Below are positions 31,550-42,700 of a stretch of 64,000 nucleotides of DNA, piece by piece. Source of the stretch: Nibricoccus sp. (GTDB lineage: Bacteria; Verrucomicrobiota; Verrucomicrobiia; Opitutales; Opitutaceae); the NCBI GenBank assembly GCA_047602425.1, contig JASGHG010000001.1:864001-928000 (forward strand). Reading direction: 5' to 3'. A program made the position numbers and the translations under genes. How positions within the stretch are numbered: position 1 is the stretch's first letter; each line of letters begins with the position of its first letter. Below the pieces are notes generated by a model. It made no database searches. It was not told the origin of the DNA and saw only the letters and a program-made list of their open reading frames with translations.

Positions 31550-32161
31550 ATGTCCTACTCCGTCCAACACCTGCGCGAAACGTCCGAGATCATCTCACGT
31601 CTCAACCCCGAGGACTCTGAAAAATGCGTCCGCGAACTTGTCGCCCTTCGTCAACGCGGCGGCCGCTTGTTTATCCTCGGCGTCGGCGGCAGTGCGGCCA
31701 ATGCCTCCCACGCTGTGAACGACTTTCGCAAGATCGCTGGCCTTGAAGCCTACGCGCCGACCGACAACGTTTCTGAACTGACCGCCAGAACCAACGACGA
31801 GGGTTGGGCCAGCGTGTTTGTCGAGTGGCTCCGCGGCTCGCGGCTCAATGCCAACGATGCCCTACTCGTGCTTTCGGTCGGTGGCGGCAACCTGGAGAAA
31901 AACGTTTCGCCCAATCTCGTTTCCGCCCTCCAGTTCGCCCGCGAAATTGGCGCGCGCGTGCTCGGCATCGTCGGAAAGGATGGAGGTTTCACCGCCACGG
32001 TGGCTGATGCCTGCGTCATCGTTCCTATCGTCAACGCCAGCAATATCACACCGCACACCGAGGCCTTCCAAGCGGTCATTTGGCATCTCTGGGTTTCCCA
32101 TCCTGACCTAAAGGCCCATCAAACGAAGTGGGAGAGCGTCGCCACACGACCGGGTTTCTGA
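31550..32161 (+). CDS. gmhA: SIS-domain phosphoheptose isomerase
   Basis: 'GVGGSAANASH', 'TARTNDEG', 'SPNL'. Confidence 0.82.
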   Translation: MSYSVQHLRETSEIISRLNPEDSEKCVRELVALRQRGGRLFILGVGGSAANASHAVNDFRKIAGLEAYAPTDNVSELTARTNDEGWASVFVEWLRGSRLNANDALLVLSVGGGNLEKNVSPNLVSALQFAREIGARVLGIVGKDGGFTATVADACVIVPIVNASNITPHTEAFQAVIWHLWVSHPDLKAHQTKWESVATRPGF

Positions 32162-32172
32162 CGCAAGACGCG

Positions 32173-32724
32173 ATGGTTTTGAAGCCAGCTGTTTTCCTCG
32201 ACCGCGACGGCACGCTCAACGCGCCGCTTGTGCGCGACGGCAAACCCTATCCGCCCGCGACGCCCGATGAATTCGTGCTCATCGAAGGCGTCAACGAGGC
32301 CTGCGCTCGTCTTGCCGCCGCCGGCTTCGTCCTCGTTGTGGCTACGAATCAACCCGACGTAGGGCGCGGCACGCAGTCCCGCGAAGCCGTCGAGGCCATG
32401 CATGCGAAACTGCTTCAATTAATCCCGGCCATCGCCCGCGTGGAAGTTTGTTACGCGCCCGGAGACGAGTCACCTCCCTCGAGCGACCGAAAGCCCGCGC
32501 CCGGAATGTTGCAACGCGCCGCCCGCGACCTCGGACTCGATCTTTCCCGCTCATGGATGGTTGGCGATCGTTGGCGCGACATCGATTGCGGTTACAACGC
32601 CGGCGTGAAAACCATTTTTATTGACTGGGGTTACGACGAAAAACTCCGCGCCCAACCCCAATACACCGTTAAAACCTTCTCGGAAGCCGTGGGAATTATC
32701 CTTGCTCGCCACCGGCCCGACTGA
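32173..32724 (+). CDS. gmhB: HAD-IIIA heptose-bisphosphate phosphatase
   Basis: 'FLDRDGTLN', 'TNQ', 'RKPAPGM', 'MVGDR'. Confidence 0.85.
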   Translation: MVLKPAVFLDRDGTLNAPLVRDGKPYPPATPDEFVLIEGVNEACARLAAAGFVLVVATNQPDVGRGTQSREAVEAMHAKLLQLIPAIARVEVCYAPGDESPPSSDRKPAPGMLQRAARDLGLDLSRSWMVGDRWRDIDCGYNAGVKTIFIDWGYDEKLRAQPQYTVKTFSEAVGIILARHRPD

Positions 32725-32739
32725 ATCCTTGGCCCTTCC

Positions 32740-33459
32740 ATGCGGTCTCTCTCCGACCTCAAAATCCAACTTTACGCCGACGGTGCCGACAAAGCGGGTA
32801 TCCTCGATCTTTACGCCAAACCCTACATCAAGGGACTGACGACCAATCCCACTCTCATGCGGAAGGCCGGCGTACGCGATTACGAGACCTTTGCACGAGA
32901 CATTCTCACGGTCGTCACCGAAAAACCGATTTCGTTCGAAGTCATCTCCAATGACTTTGCCGAGATGGAACGGCAGGCGGTAAAAATCGCCAGCTGGGGC
33001 AAAAATGTCTTCGTCAAAATTCCGATCACCAATTCCCAAGGAGCTTCCTCGATTCCGCTGGTCGAGCGCCTAGTGGCGCAAAAAGTTCAGCTCAATCTGA
33101 CGGCCCTGCTCACCTTGGACCAAGTGAAAGCGGTCGCCGCAGTTTTGCCGCCCGAGTTGCCCTCCATCATCTCGATCTTCGCCGGCCGCGTCGCCGATAC
33201 CGGCCGGGATCCCGTGCAAATCGTCCGCGACGCCCGCCGTTTTATCAAAGACCTTCCCAACACCAAGCTGCTTTGGGCCAGCGTGCGCGAAGTCCTCAAC
33301 CTCGTGCAAGCCGAGGAAAGCGGTTGCGACATCGTCACCGTCACCCACGACATCCTGGCCCGCGCCAGCCGCACGCTCGGTTTGGACCTCACCACGCTCT
33401 CGCTCGAGACCGTGCAAATGTTTGCACGTGACGCCCGTGAGGCCGGCTACACACTTTAG
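32740..33459 (+). CDS. tal: Transaldolase (short type)
   Basis: 'GLTTNPTL', 'FVKIP', 'LLWASVRE'. Confidence 0.88.
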   Translation: MRSLSDLKIQLYADGADKAGILDLYAKPYIKGLTTNPTLMRKAGVRDYETFARDILTVVTEKPISFEVISNDFAEMERQAVKIASWGKNVFVKIPITNSQGASSIPLVERLVAQKVQLNLTALLTLDQVKAVAAVLPPELPSIISIFAGRVADTGRDPVQIVRDARRFIKDLPNTKLLWASVREVLNLVQAEESGCDIVTVTHDILARASRTLGLDLTTLSLETVQMFARDAREAGYTL

Positions 33460-33473
33460 CCGAACCATTTCCC

Positions 33474-36400
33474 ATGTCCCTATCGCCCGCCATCGCTGCA
33501 TGGGTTGACCAATCCCTCCAAAAGGAAGGTCGGCTGCCGGACGGAAAAAGAACTTCGCTGACGCCACTTCCAGGCAACCCGGAGCGAAAAGATCATGTTA
33601 CGCTCCAGCGTCACGTGGTTTTTCTCGAAGGGCGTCCCCTCGCCCTGCTCATCCTCGGTGTGCAACTCGCCGCTTTAAAAGAACGCACGGAACTTTTTGC
33701 ACAGGCTTACCCTACGCTCGCCTGTCCGATTTTCGCCGTCGGTTCGATTGAAGGGCACGATGTTTTGCTCGCAGAATACTTCACCGGCGTTGCCGCCCAG
33801 CAGGCGCTCGCCGAACCATCCATCGGAGAGAAAGGCGTCCTCGCCGCCCTTGAAAAACTGGCGTCTTTGTTCGACGCATCGTTGCTACCTTCCACTGTCG
33901 ACGCCGCTCGCGCCGAGCTACAGGAGCTGTTCAAACGCGTGCTCGCGATCGAACGATGGACCGCCTTTGACCATGGTTTTCTAACGGGCATCGTCTTTCC
34001 GTTTGTCGAAGAAAAACTCCTCGCCGTGCCGCCCCGCCGCCGTGTCACAAACGGAGATCTCACTTTGAGCAACCTCCTCGTCGACGCCGCAGGTTCCATC
34101 AAGCTCATCGACTACGAACAGGCTGCGTTCACGCACTTTCATCAGGAAGACTGGTTGCGCCTGACTTTTTGGCACGCGTCGAAGGCCATCCGCGAATTTG
34201 CCCTCGCCCGCGTTGAAAGTCTTCCGGCGACGCAACTTTTCCTGCATTTAAAACAAATCGTCTTCGAGCACGATGTGATCCGTCCGGTAAAAGCCACAAC
34301 CGACCTCCAGCACTGGTCCTCGGAAATACGCAGTCTGCTCATTCGACAATCACCGGATCTCGCTCGCTCCGCCTTCCTTTCTGGCGCTGAAAATTCAGAA
34401 ACCAATATTAACCGCCAAATCCTGACAAATTCCGTCCAGAATCATCGCCAGGCGACTGAACTTTTCGAATATGCCAGTCAGTTAACTGGTCTCTATAACC
34501 AGCATGCCCACAAAATCCACCGCATGCAGGAGTCATTTTCCTGGCGCTGCACGGCCTGGCTGCGCGCCTTGCGTCGCAAATTCTGGGATCCCAGCCATCC
34601 GCCGGCCACGCGCCCCGGCCCGCGCTCTGCGCTCACCTTCCCCTTTGCCGAAGAAGATCTCACGCCGCCAGCCAGCCCCCTGATCCACTATCAGATTGTT
34701 TCGGGAATTGATTTACTGAATGTGGTTCAGGACCCAGTGCTGACCGGATGGGTTTTTTCACCCGACATGCGAGGACTCCGCTCGATAAGAGCCCGAATCA
34801 ATGACCGTATCTACGTTGGCCAGTATGGATTGGAGCGACGGGAAATTTCGGAGAAATTCCTTCCCCAAGCCTGGAGCGGTTTCAGCGTCGAACTCAGAAT
34901 CGAGAAATCCGATGAATTATTGGATCTGGAAATTGGCGATGGCGACGATCTCTGGCTTCCCTTCTTCAGTGTATCGCTGCGGCATGGCCGCCCACCACTT
35001 GCCACGAGCAACCAGCCGTCGATGCTTGGCAACTCCACCCGTTATGCGAGTTGGGTGGCACGGTATGATACTCTCACCCCGGGCATGCTTGCCGACCTAC
35101 GACTCCGGTCTAAAAATCTTCCTCGTCATCCGCTCATCTCTCTGGCGATGCCGGTGTACAATACGGATGAACGCTGGCTCCGTCGTGTCATTGAGACTAT
35201 TCAGGCCCAAGTCTACACGAACTGGGAGCTCTGCATTGCGGACGACACGTCGACCAAGCCTCATGTCCGCTCGATCCTCGAACAATTCGCCGCGCAGGAT
35301 TCTCGCATCAAAGTCACTTTTCGGGCCAGCAACGGCCACATTTCCGCCGCGTCTAACTCCGCGCTTGAACTCGTCACTGGTGAATTCACCGCCTTCGTCG
35401 ACCATGACGACGAATTGCCGCCTCATGCGCTCTACTATTTCGCGGAACTCATCTGTCGCCACCCCGGGGCCGAACTTATTTATTCCGATGAAGACAAGAT
35501 TACAGAAGCAGGCGCTCGCTTCCATCCGCACTTCAAGCCCGATTGGAATCCCGACCTGTTGAAAGGACAAAACTACCTCTGTCATCTCATGGCATGCCGA
35601 ACCACTACCCTGAGGTCAATCGGCGGATTCCGCATCGGAGTCGAAGGTTCACAGGATTGGGATCTCGCTCTTCGCCTCGTCGAACGGCTAAAACCCGAGC
35701 AAATCCACCATATCCCCCGCATTCTTTACCACTGGCGTGCAGTTGAAGGATCAACCGCCCTTCAGCTCCGAACCAAGGACTATACCACCAAGGCGGCCCG
35801 CAAAACACTCGAAGACCACTTTCGCCGCGTCGGGCAAAATGCCACGCCTGAACTAATTCGCGGTCAGCATTGGCATATTCAATATGCCCTCCCGACCTCG
35901 AGCCCTCTCGTCACTCTCATCATACCCACACGCAATCGCCGCGAACTGCTTGCGACATGTATTGAAAGCATTCGGGCGAAAACCAAATATCCAAATTTCG
36001 AATTTCTGATCGCCGACAACGATTCCGATGACCCGGAATTATCCGCCTTTTACGATACACAAAAGAAACAGGGCCGTTTCACCGTGCTTCCGTGCCCCGG
36101 AACATTCAACTTTTCAGCAATCAATAACCGCGCCGTCAAAGCCGCCGCCGGCGAGTTGATTGGCTTGCTGAACAACGACCTCGAGGCCCTTCATGCCGAA
36201 TGGCTCGATGAAATGGTTGGGCACGCATTACGTCCCGAAATCGGCGTGGTCGGCGCAAAGCTTTACTATCCCGACATGCGCATCCAGCATGCGGGCATCA
36301 TTACCGGGCTCGGCGGCGTCGCCGGACACGCGTTCAAAAACTTCGGACGCAATGATGCCGGCAATGGCCAATTCCGTCCTCACGTTGCTCAAAATCTGTC

Positions 36401-36755
36401 CGCCGTCACTGCCGCGTGCATGGTGATGCGCAAATCTGTATTTGAGCAGGCCCACGGATTTGATGAAGACAATCTCAAGGTGGCATTCAATGACGTCGAT
36501 TTCTGCCTGCGGGTCGAGGCCCTTGGTTACCGCAACCTCTTCACGCCCTTCGCCGAATTGATCCATCACGAATCTGCTAGCCGCGGCGCTGAGGACTGTC
36601 CCGAAAAAGTCGCGCGCTTCGCCAAGGAGATCGAATTTATGAAAAAGCGCTGGGGCACGCGTCTGCTGAACGATCCTGCCTACAATCCAAATCTCACGCT
36701 CGACACCGAAGATTTCGCCTGCGCTTTTCCGCCGAGGCATCGTCCGCACGCATGA
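33474..36755 (+). CDS. Multidomain glycosyltransferase: APH/kinase-like, coiled coil, two GT2 domains
   Basis: 'NGDLTLSNLL...LIDYE', 'SFSWRCTAWLR', GT2 'MPVYNT...DHDD' and 'IIPTRN...LLNND'. Confidence 0.85.
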   Translation: MSLSPAIAAWVDQSLQKEGRLPDGKRTSLTPLPGNPERKDHVTLQRHVVFLEGRPLALLILGVQLAALKERTELFAQAYPTLACPIFAVGSIEGHDVLLAEYFTGVAAQQALAEPSIGEKGVLAALEKLASLFDASLLPSTVDAARAELQELFKRVLAIERWTAFDHGFLTGIVFPFVEEKLLAVPPRRRVTNGDLTLSNLLVDAAGSIKLIDYEQAAFTHFHQEDWLRLTFWHASKAIREFALARVESLPATQLFLHLKQIVFEHDVIRPVKATTDLQHWSSEIRSLLIRQSPDLARSAFLSGAENSETNINRQILTNSVQNHRQATELFEYASQLTGLYNQHAHKIHRMQESFSWRCTAWLRALRRKFWDPSHPPATRPGPRSALTFPFAEEDLTPPASPLIHYQIVSGIDLLNVVQDPVLTGWVFSPDMRGLRSIRARINDRIYVGQYGLERREISEKFLPQAWSGFSVELRIEKSDELLDLEIGDGDDLWLPFFSVSLRHGRPPLATSNQPSMLGNSTRYASWVARYDTLTPGMLADLRLRSKNLPRHPLISLAMPVYNTDERWLRRVIETIQAQVYTNWELCIADDTSTKPHVRSILEQFAAQDSRIKVTFRASNGHISAASNSALELVTGEFTAFVDHDDELPPHALYYFAELICRHPGAELIYSDEDKITEAGARFHPHFKPDWNPDLLKGQNYLCHLMACRTTTLRSIGGFRIGVEGSQDWDLALRLVERLKPEQIHHIPRILYHWRAVEGSTALQLRTKDYTTKAARKTLEDHFRRVGQNATPELIRGQHWHIQYALPTSSPLVTLIIPTRNRRELLATCIESIRAKTKYPNFEFLIADNDSDDPELSAFYDTQKKQGRFTVLPCPGTFNFSAINNRAVKAAAGELIGLLNNDLEALHAEWLDEMVGHALRPEIGVVGAKLYYPDMRIQHAGIITGLGGVAGHAFKNFGRNDAGNGQFRPHVAQNLSAVTAACMVMRKSVFEQAHGFDEDNLKVAFNDVDFCLRVEALGYRNLFTPFAELIHHESASRGAEDCPEKVARFAKEIEFMKKRWGTRLLNDPAYNPNLTLDTEDFACAFPPRHRPHA

Positions 36756-39148
36756 GCGCAGAAGTTGCCAGTACCCTGCCACGGCCGGCGGGCGGACCCA
36801 ACCGCTGGTGGCTCAATCCGCGGATCGTTGTATCTGTTTTTCTGGTTTTAGTTCTTTGGCCTTCGCTGATGTATCCGCTGCCCGGTCCTCTCGATATTTC
36901 ATTGGATGGATCGTGGCCTGGCGTCCTCCAATACGCTCATGAACATGGCTGGCAATTTGGAAAGGACATTGTCTTCACCTGGGGTCCATGGGGGTTTCTC
37001 AACAATTATGTCCATCTAGGTGGGACAGGCGCCACCACCAAAATTCTTTGGGAAACCCTCGGTAAATTGGGCATCGCAATCGCGCTCGTTGTTCTCACGC
37101 GGAGGCTTCCTCTGCTCAACCAGATTCTTTTTGTGGTTGGTTGCGTTTGTTTCAGCTGGCTCTTTTTGGACTCAATATTTCTCGTTCTCATTACGATCGC
37201 GGTTTTCTGCGCATTGCTGCGAGACGATCGCCCTTGGTGGGAGCACCTGATTTGGATGTTGGTGCTATGTTTTCTTGGACAATTTAAATTCACCTACACC
37301 GTGTTTGGCGGAATTGGTATCGGCGCAGCAACGGGCCTTAGGATATTGCGCCGGCAGTGGAAAAGGGCCGCGGGAATGGCGGGAAGTTTTGCGGTGGTTT
37401 ATATCCTGCTCTGGATCATATCAGGACAAAACCCGGACAATCTCTATCCATTTTTTCGCCTCAGCCTGCAAATCAGCTCGGGGTATGCCGATGCCATGGG
37501 CATCAATGAGCCGTCGGCAGTCTTCCTGTGGGGTGCCGCGCTCGCGCTGACTTGTAGCATTTTTGTCTATCGACTTTTCGCGAGACACAACGACCGTTCC
37601 TATGGAATCGCGGCAGCAGCCTATCTCGCCCTGACTTGGTACGTGGTTTGGAAACATAGCTACGTGCGAGCCGACAGCCACGTCTTCGGCTTCTATATCT
37701 ATACGTTGCTACTCGCTCTGGTCCTGCCTCCTCTCTGTTTCCCAAAAACGCCTTGGCACTGGTTCTATATAGCTGTCGTTCTGGCGGGAGCCTGTTTCGA
37801 AATATTTGATCCCGGTTTACTCACTCGCTGCCCCCAGGTCGCATGGAGACGCACCACAGAAAATTACCGTATTTTATTTCAGGTCAGTTCCCTCCCCTCA
37901 CGTTGGCAGCAGGACTACGAACAAGCCCGAAACACAGCGCAACTTCCCTCCGTCAAAAAGCAGGTCGGACAAGCCAGCATCGATGTCTTTAACTACAACC
38001 AGGGGGTCGCAATTCTCAACGACCTCAACTACCGCCCACGCCCAATATACCAAAGCTATAGCGCCTATACTCCGCGACTCGCCGCGCGTAATCTTAAATT
38101 CTACCAGTCAGATCGCGCTCCTGAATATGTTCTCTGGCGTCAGGTCAGCATCGATTCCCGTTATCCCACCATCGACGATTCATTGTTGATTCCCGAACTA
38201 CCCGGCATGTACCAACCAGTTCTCACTGAGGGAGACTATTTGCTGCTGAAGCGGCGCCCGGGCGTGCACACTGGACGCCTCGAACGCAGCCTGCTGGTGA
38301 CACGGTCGCTGCGCCTCGGAGAGACGATGGAGTTGCCACCAGATTTTGAACGCCCCCTCTGGCTCCAAGCCCGTTTGCCACTCAACAAACTCGGCCACTT
38401 GCGCGCAGTGCTCTACAAGCCGCCTATGCTCACGCTGGTCGTTAAAGATAACTACGGCTCCGAATACGCCTGGCGCATCTTGCCCCGTATCGCAGAAGAT
38501 GGTTTCCTCCTCTCACCCCTGTTGGAAACCCAAGAAGACTTCGCCAGTTACATGCGAGGCCGCGGACAAAAATGGATTCGATCGCTTCGACTTGAAGCTC
38601 CCAAACCCGATCGCGAATTTTGGGCACGGATCTGGGATTGCGCCGATATCAGTCTCTATGCATTGCCGGGCCTGAAAATGACTCCCGGTCAGATCATGGA
38701 AGCGTGGGTGGAGCATGGCATAACCAACCTGCTGCCAGTGTCAGCTCACGCCGCTATAAATCCCCAACTTTTCGATACCGGCACCAACCGCGCACTGCTG
38801 ATGCATGCTCCTAGCTCGATGGATTTCAAACCCGCTGACTCCGACGCACATCTTAGTGGCACCTTCGGGCTCCGTGACCAGGCTTTCCAAGGTGAAAATC
38901 AGTCCAATGGAGTCGATTTCGTCGTGGAACAAATTCAGTCCGACGGAACCTTGAGCGTGCTCTTCCGGCGTCCTTTGCGCCCGCTGCAAATAGTCGCCGA
39001 TCGCGGTCCGCAGACATTTTCCATCGCACTCCCACCCGGAACTGGTCGCAAAATCACGCTGCGACTTCTGCCTGGCGACAAAGACGACTCCCGCTGGGAC
39101 TGGTCCTATCTCACCGACATCAAGTTTACATCGTCGCCACAACCATGA
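36752..39148 (+). CDS. Polytopic membrane protein (GT-C-like) with a C-terminal periplasmic domain
   Basis: 'LDGSW...FTWGPWG' early loop; about 11 TMs. Confidence 0.65.
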   Translation: MSAEVASTLPRPAGGPNRWWLNPRIVVSVFLVLVLWPSLMYPLPGPLDISLDGSWPGVLQYAHEHGWQFGKDIVFTWGPWGFLNNYVHLGGTGATTKILWETLGKLGIAIALVVLTRRLPLLNQILFVVGCVCFSWLFLDSIFLVLITIAVFCALLRDDRPWWEHLIWMLVLCFLGQFKFTYTVFGGIGIGAATGLRILRRQWKRAAGMAGSFAVVYILLWIISGQNPDNLYPFFRLSLQISSGYADAMGINEPSAVFLWGAALALTCSIFVYRLFARHNDRSYGIAAAAYLALTWYVVWKHSYVRADSHVFGFYIYTLLLALVLPPLCFPKTPWHWFYIAVVLAGACFEIFDPGLLTRCPQVAWRRTTENYRILFQVSSLPSRWQQDYEQARNTAQLPSVKKQVGQASIDVFNYNQGVAILNDLNYRPRPIYQSYSAYTPRLAARNLKFYQSDRAPEYVLWRQVSIDSRYPTIDDSLLIPELPGMYQPVLTEGDYLLLKRRPGVHTGRLERSLLVTRSLRLGETMELPPDFERPLWLQARLPLNKLGHLRAVLYKPPMLTLVVKDNYGSEYAWRILPRIAEDGFLLSPLLETQEDFASYMRGRGQKWIRSLRLEAPKPDREFWARIWDCADISLYALPGLKMTPGQIMEAWVEHGITNLLPVSAHAAINPQLFDTGTNRALLMHAPSSMDFKPADSDAHLSGTFGLRDQAFQGENQSNGVDFVVEQIQSDGTLSVLFRRPLRPLQIVADRGPQTFSIALPPGTGRKITLRLLPGDKDDSRWDWSYLTDIKFTSSPQP

Positions 39149-40461
39149 GTGACCTCCAACAAAAAAATTGTGAGAATGGTCGGCGCGACACCCTCCTCCT
39201 TGCCTTGGGCGGAGCTCTGGCCCTTGCGCCATTCGTGTTATTGCAAAGCGAGTTCTCCAAATTGTTTTGGTTCGGTGACGACTGGGATCTGCTCGATCAA
39301 ATCCAGCGAATGGGCACGTGGAAGTGGACCTGGCAGGTTTTTGCCGAGAATTTCGTCCCTCTTTTCAAGCTGCTTTGGAGCGGAGGCGTGCATCTCTTTC
39401 ACGGTGGCTATTTTGGCATGCTCGTCTTGCTCTGGCTGACGCATGCGTTCAATACTTATCAATTCGGGCGGGTGCTCCGCCGCCACGGCTTTTCTTGGTT
39501 CTCCTCACTGGTTTGCCAAATTGTCTTCGGCCTGACTCCAGCCAACCTTGAAACGCTCGGATGGTCCACCCAATGGTCGGCCGTGCTCGCGACCACGTTT
39601 CTGCTGATTGGTTTGGAACGAATCGCCCAAAATGAGCCGCATATGTCTCAACCGACGTGGAAACATGTGCTCATGCTCGTGGTTTTTTCCACCGCAAGCG
39701 CGCTTTCATTTTCACGAGGCATTCTGACGGGAGCTATTTTTGCATTGGCCTGCTTGTGGCCTGCTCCACACGGTCTATCGTTCGCACAGAGGTTATTGCA
39801 GGCGGCTCTATATACCCTTCCCGGCTTCATCGTTGCTGTCCTGATCATGAGTCTGGCCACGGGCAATCATCAGAATTTCAATGGCCATCTGCTTGATGCC
39901 GCCGACTACGCGCTTTGGGTATTTTGCATGAATCCGCTTTATCGCCTCGTGGAAATGGATTCATGGGGACTGCATACGATTGCGATACTAGGCATCTCGA
40001 AAGTTCTGCTTGTTGGATGGGGATTGCTGCGCTGCGATCGGCGTCAACGCATGCTTTTGATTTTACTGCTCGCCTTCGATTTTGGAAATGCCGCGCTACT
40101 TGGCATCGGGCGTTATCACACCGGATTGGTTACGACAATTAGTTCACGCTATCAATATTCCACTTTAATCGCCACTTTGCCGTACATCGCCATTTGGATT
40201 GAATATATGGTTGTGGTAAAGCTGGGATCCACCCCACGGCTACAGCGTTCGGCTATAGTCGTCGCCATTGTCCTCATCCTGGTGCTTTCAAGCCATCGTT
40301 GGCCGAATGAAATTCGCGGTTTCGCTCAAACCCGCGGCAGTGACACGAGAAAAATCATTTTCACCGATCCGAACCCGCCGGAAAACGGCGCCATTCCCGG
40401 AATATCGTTCTTGTCCACCGCCCGGGCTAAGGAGCTAACCAAACACTACAACCTGCATTGA
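39145..40461 (+). CDS. Polytopic membrane protein (GT-C-like)
   Basis: 'FGDDW' acidic motif after TM1; many TMs; 'SSRY'. Confidence 0.65.
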   Translation: MSDLQQKNCENGRRDTLLLALGGALALAPFVLLQSEFSKLFWFGDDWDLLDQIQRMGTWKWTWQVFAENFVPLFKLLWSGGVHLFHGGYFGMLVLLWLTHAFNTYQFGRVLRRHGFSWFSSLVCQIVFGLTPANLETLGWSTQWSAVLATTFLLIGLERIAQNEPHMSQPTWKHVLMLVVFSTASALSFSRGILTGAIFALACLWPAPHGLSFAQRLLQAALYTLPGFIVAVLIMSLATGNHQNFNGHLLDAADYALWVFCMNPLYRLVEMDSWGLHTIAILGISKVLLVGWGLLRCDRRQRMLLILLLAFDFGNAALLGIGRYHTGLVTTISSRYQYSTLIATLPYIAIWIEYMVVVKLGSTPRLQRSAIVVAIVLILVLSSHRWPNEIRGFAQTRGSDTRKIIFTDPNPPENGAIPGISFLSTARAKELTKHYNLH

Positions 40462-40464
40462 TTG

Positions 40465-42693
40465 ATGTCCCTCTGGCCCAAATCCATCGCTTCGCTTTTC
40501 ATTGCGGGACTGTTTGTTTCTATATGCTGCGGTTTCGCCCGCGCCAATACCGAGGTTCAGCTCGAGGGACGGTTTGCTGCGAGCGATGGAAGTTTTGATC
40601 GCGGACGATTCAAGGATGTGCGAAAAGAAGTCGAGCTCTGGGACTCTTGGCAACACAGCGACGCCAATATGGGCAAACTGCGCTACGGCCCATTCATCCT
40701 TGAAAAACGCTTTTCCATTTATGCTGCCGGAGCCATCAGCAACAAAACCGTGCTCGTGGCATGGGAAGATGCAAAAACTGGCGAACGCATCTCCCTTGAG
40801 CCTCGCTTTGGTCCCGATAACCGTTGGGTGCTTTTTCATTGGAGCCCCCCCTCCAACTGGGTTGGCCGGTCTGTTTACATGATCGCGGAAGACAATTCTG
40901 CTGATCCCGGGCAGTGGATTGGGGTAAGTGCTCCGCTTGATCAAGGGCTCCACTATGAACCATTTGTCACGATCGGTTTTTGGTACCCGATAGTCTTTAT
41001 AGTAGTGCTTTTACCTGGCTTCGCTTGGACGGTTTGGCGCCATCCTAAAAACCAGTTAAAACCGGAAAGTTGTCTCACGCGCGTCCTTGTCGCCAGCTCC
41101 GTGACCGGCTATGCCGTGTTCTTCGTTTATTTCGCCAGTCCTCTCGTCGGAAAGATCTCCAGTTGGGCTGTGTTGCTGGCGAGTCTCGGACTGATTATTA
41201 AATATTGGCGGCTGAAGCCCACCGATGCAATCAAGCACCCCGTAACAGTCCCATTGGCCATTTGTTTTTTCACCGGTTTGTTGTACTCAACCATCCTCTT
41301 GGCCTACGGTGGAACGAATTCTCCTCAGCTTGTGAGTATGAATCGCTACCTCTACACCATGCCGCCAGATACAATTCTGCCGTATTGGTTAAGCGAACGC
41401 TTGTATGCCGGAACGACATTGAAGCCATTTTTCAGCGATTGGTTGAGCAGCGATCGACCGCCTCTCCAGGCGGCGCTCCATTTGTTAACCGCACCATTTG
41501 TCCCCCTGCGCATCGGTTACCAATTGATGAGTACAGCACTGCAATGTTGGTCCCTACTTGGAATCTGGATTCTCCTTCGGAAAGCATCGATCCAGCCGCG
41601 CACGATTGCATGGATTCTTTTTGGTTGCGTGTTCTCTGGATTCTTTCTGTTCAACAGCACCTTCGTGTGGCCCAAGTTGCTTCCCGCCGCGTTTCTTCTG
41701 ATCAGTGCATCGGGACTTTTATTGAAACCGCGGGAGCCGGCCTTGCTAACAGGAGGCTGTGCGGCCCTCGCCATGCTCGGTCATGGCGGCAGTGCCTTTG
41801 GACTTGCCGGCATCATTGTTGCATCACTCCTCTGGCCCCCCGAACGCAGATTCATCTACTGGGCAAAGACAGCTGCTATCGGCATAATATTGCTGCTACC
41901 CTGGACGTTGTATCAAAAATTCTACGATCCGCCGGGCAACCGTCTGCTCAAGTGGCATCTCGGGGGAGTAGTTCCTGTTGACGCACGCCCCCTCGGACAG
42001 ACGATCCTCGATTCCTACCGATCCCAACCGGCCTCCGAATTGCTCACCGCAAAATGGCGTAATACGAAGATGATGTTCTACTATTTGGACGCCTTGACGG
42101 AAAATTGGCGTGCCGCTACCAATCTTTGGAACCAAGGCCGGCGCATGGATGCCTTTGTGCGCTTCAGCTATCAACTTCGGGAGGGATGTTTTTTCCATTT
42201 GGTCCAGTCGCCCGAATTGTTCATCGCGGGTTTGTTCGGATTAATAGCATTCTTGTTCCGGCGGACACGCGTAATGCCCGAGTTCCACCTAGCGTACATT
42301 CTGACCGCTGTTTTTGCATTTGGTACAATCGCTTGGTGCCTCCTGATGTTTGTCCCTGGATCAACGACAAATCATCAAGGCTCCTATTTCAACAATGCCT
42401 GCCTCTTTCTACTTTCAGGGATCGGAGTGAGTGCTTTGCCGAAGCTGCTGCGCTGGCCTCTCGCATGTGTCTATGTTTTGTGGTTCTTCGTCGTCTGGGC
42501 CTACGCTCCTCCGACCGCCATGAATACGACCGCGCTCCTAACATCAGCCGACCCCCTCGTTTTAGTCCTTGGAAGCTTCGCAACCGCGTGCATCGTTTGC
42601 TCCTTGTTCCTGTTGGCAGCTGACCGGAACAAAGGCGTCGCTGACAACGCTTCCTCCTCAGTGACCACTTCCTTTTCCACAACCAGCGTATAA
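40465..42693 (+). CDS. Polytopic membrane protein (GT-C-like) with an N-terminal soluble domain
   Basis: 'WLSSDRPPLQ', 'FVWPKLL', many TMs. Confidence 0.65.
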   Translation: MSLWPKSIASLFIAGLFVSICCGFARANTEVQLEGRFAASDGSFDRGRFKDVRKEVELWDSWQHSDANMGKLRYGPFILEKRFSIYAAGAISNKTVLVAWEDAKTGERISLEPRFGPDNRWVLFHWSPPSNWVGRSVYMIAEDNSADPGQWIGVSAPLDQGLHYEPFVTIGFWYPIVFIVVLLPGFAWTVWRHPKNQLKPESCLTRVLVASSVTGYAVFFVYFASPLVGKISSWAVLLASLGLIIKYWRLKPTDAIKHPVTVPLAICFFTGLLYSTILLAYGGTNSPQLVSMNRYLYTMPPDTILPYWLSERLYAGTTLKPFFSDWLSSDRPPLQAALHLLTAPFVPLRIGYQLMSTALQCWSLLGIWILLRKASIQPRTIAWILFGCVFSGFFLFNSTFVWPKLLPAAFLLISASGLLLKPREPALLTGGCAALAMLGHGGSAFGLAGIIVASLLWPPERRFIYWAKTAAIGIILLLPWTLYQKFYDPPGNRLLKWHLGGVVPVDARPLGQTILDSYRSQPASELLTAKWRNTKMMFYYLDALTENWRAATNLWNQGRRMDAFVRFSYQLREGCFFHLVQSPELFIAGLFGLIAFLFRRTRVMPEFHLAYILTAVFAFGTIAWCLLMFVPGSTTNHQGSYFNNACLFLLSGIGVSALPKLLRWPLACVYVLWFFVVWAYAPPTAMNTTALLTSADPLVLVLGSFATACIVCSLFLLAADRNKGVADNASSSVTTSFSTTSV

Positions 42694-42700
42694 AGCCAAC

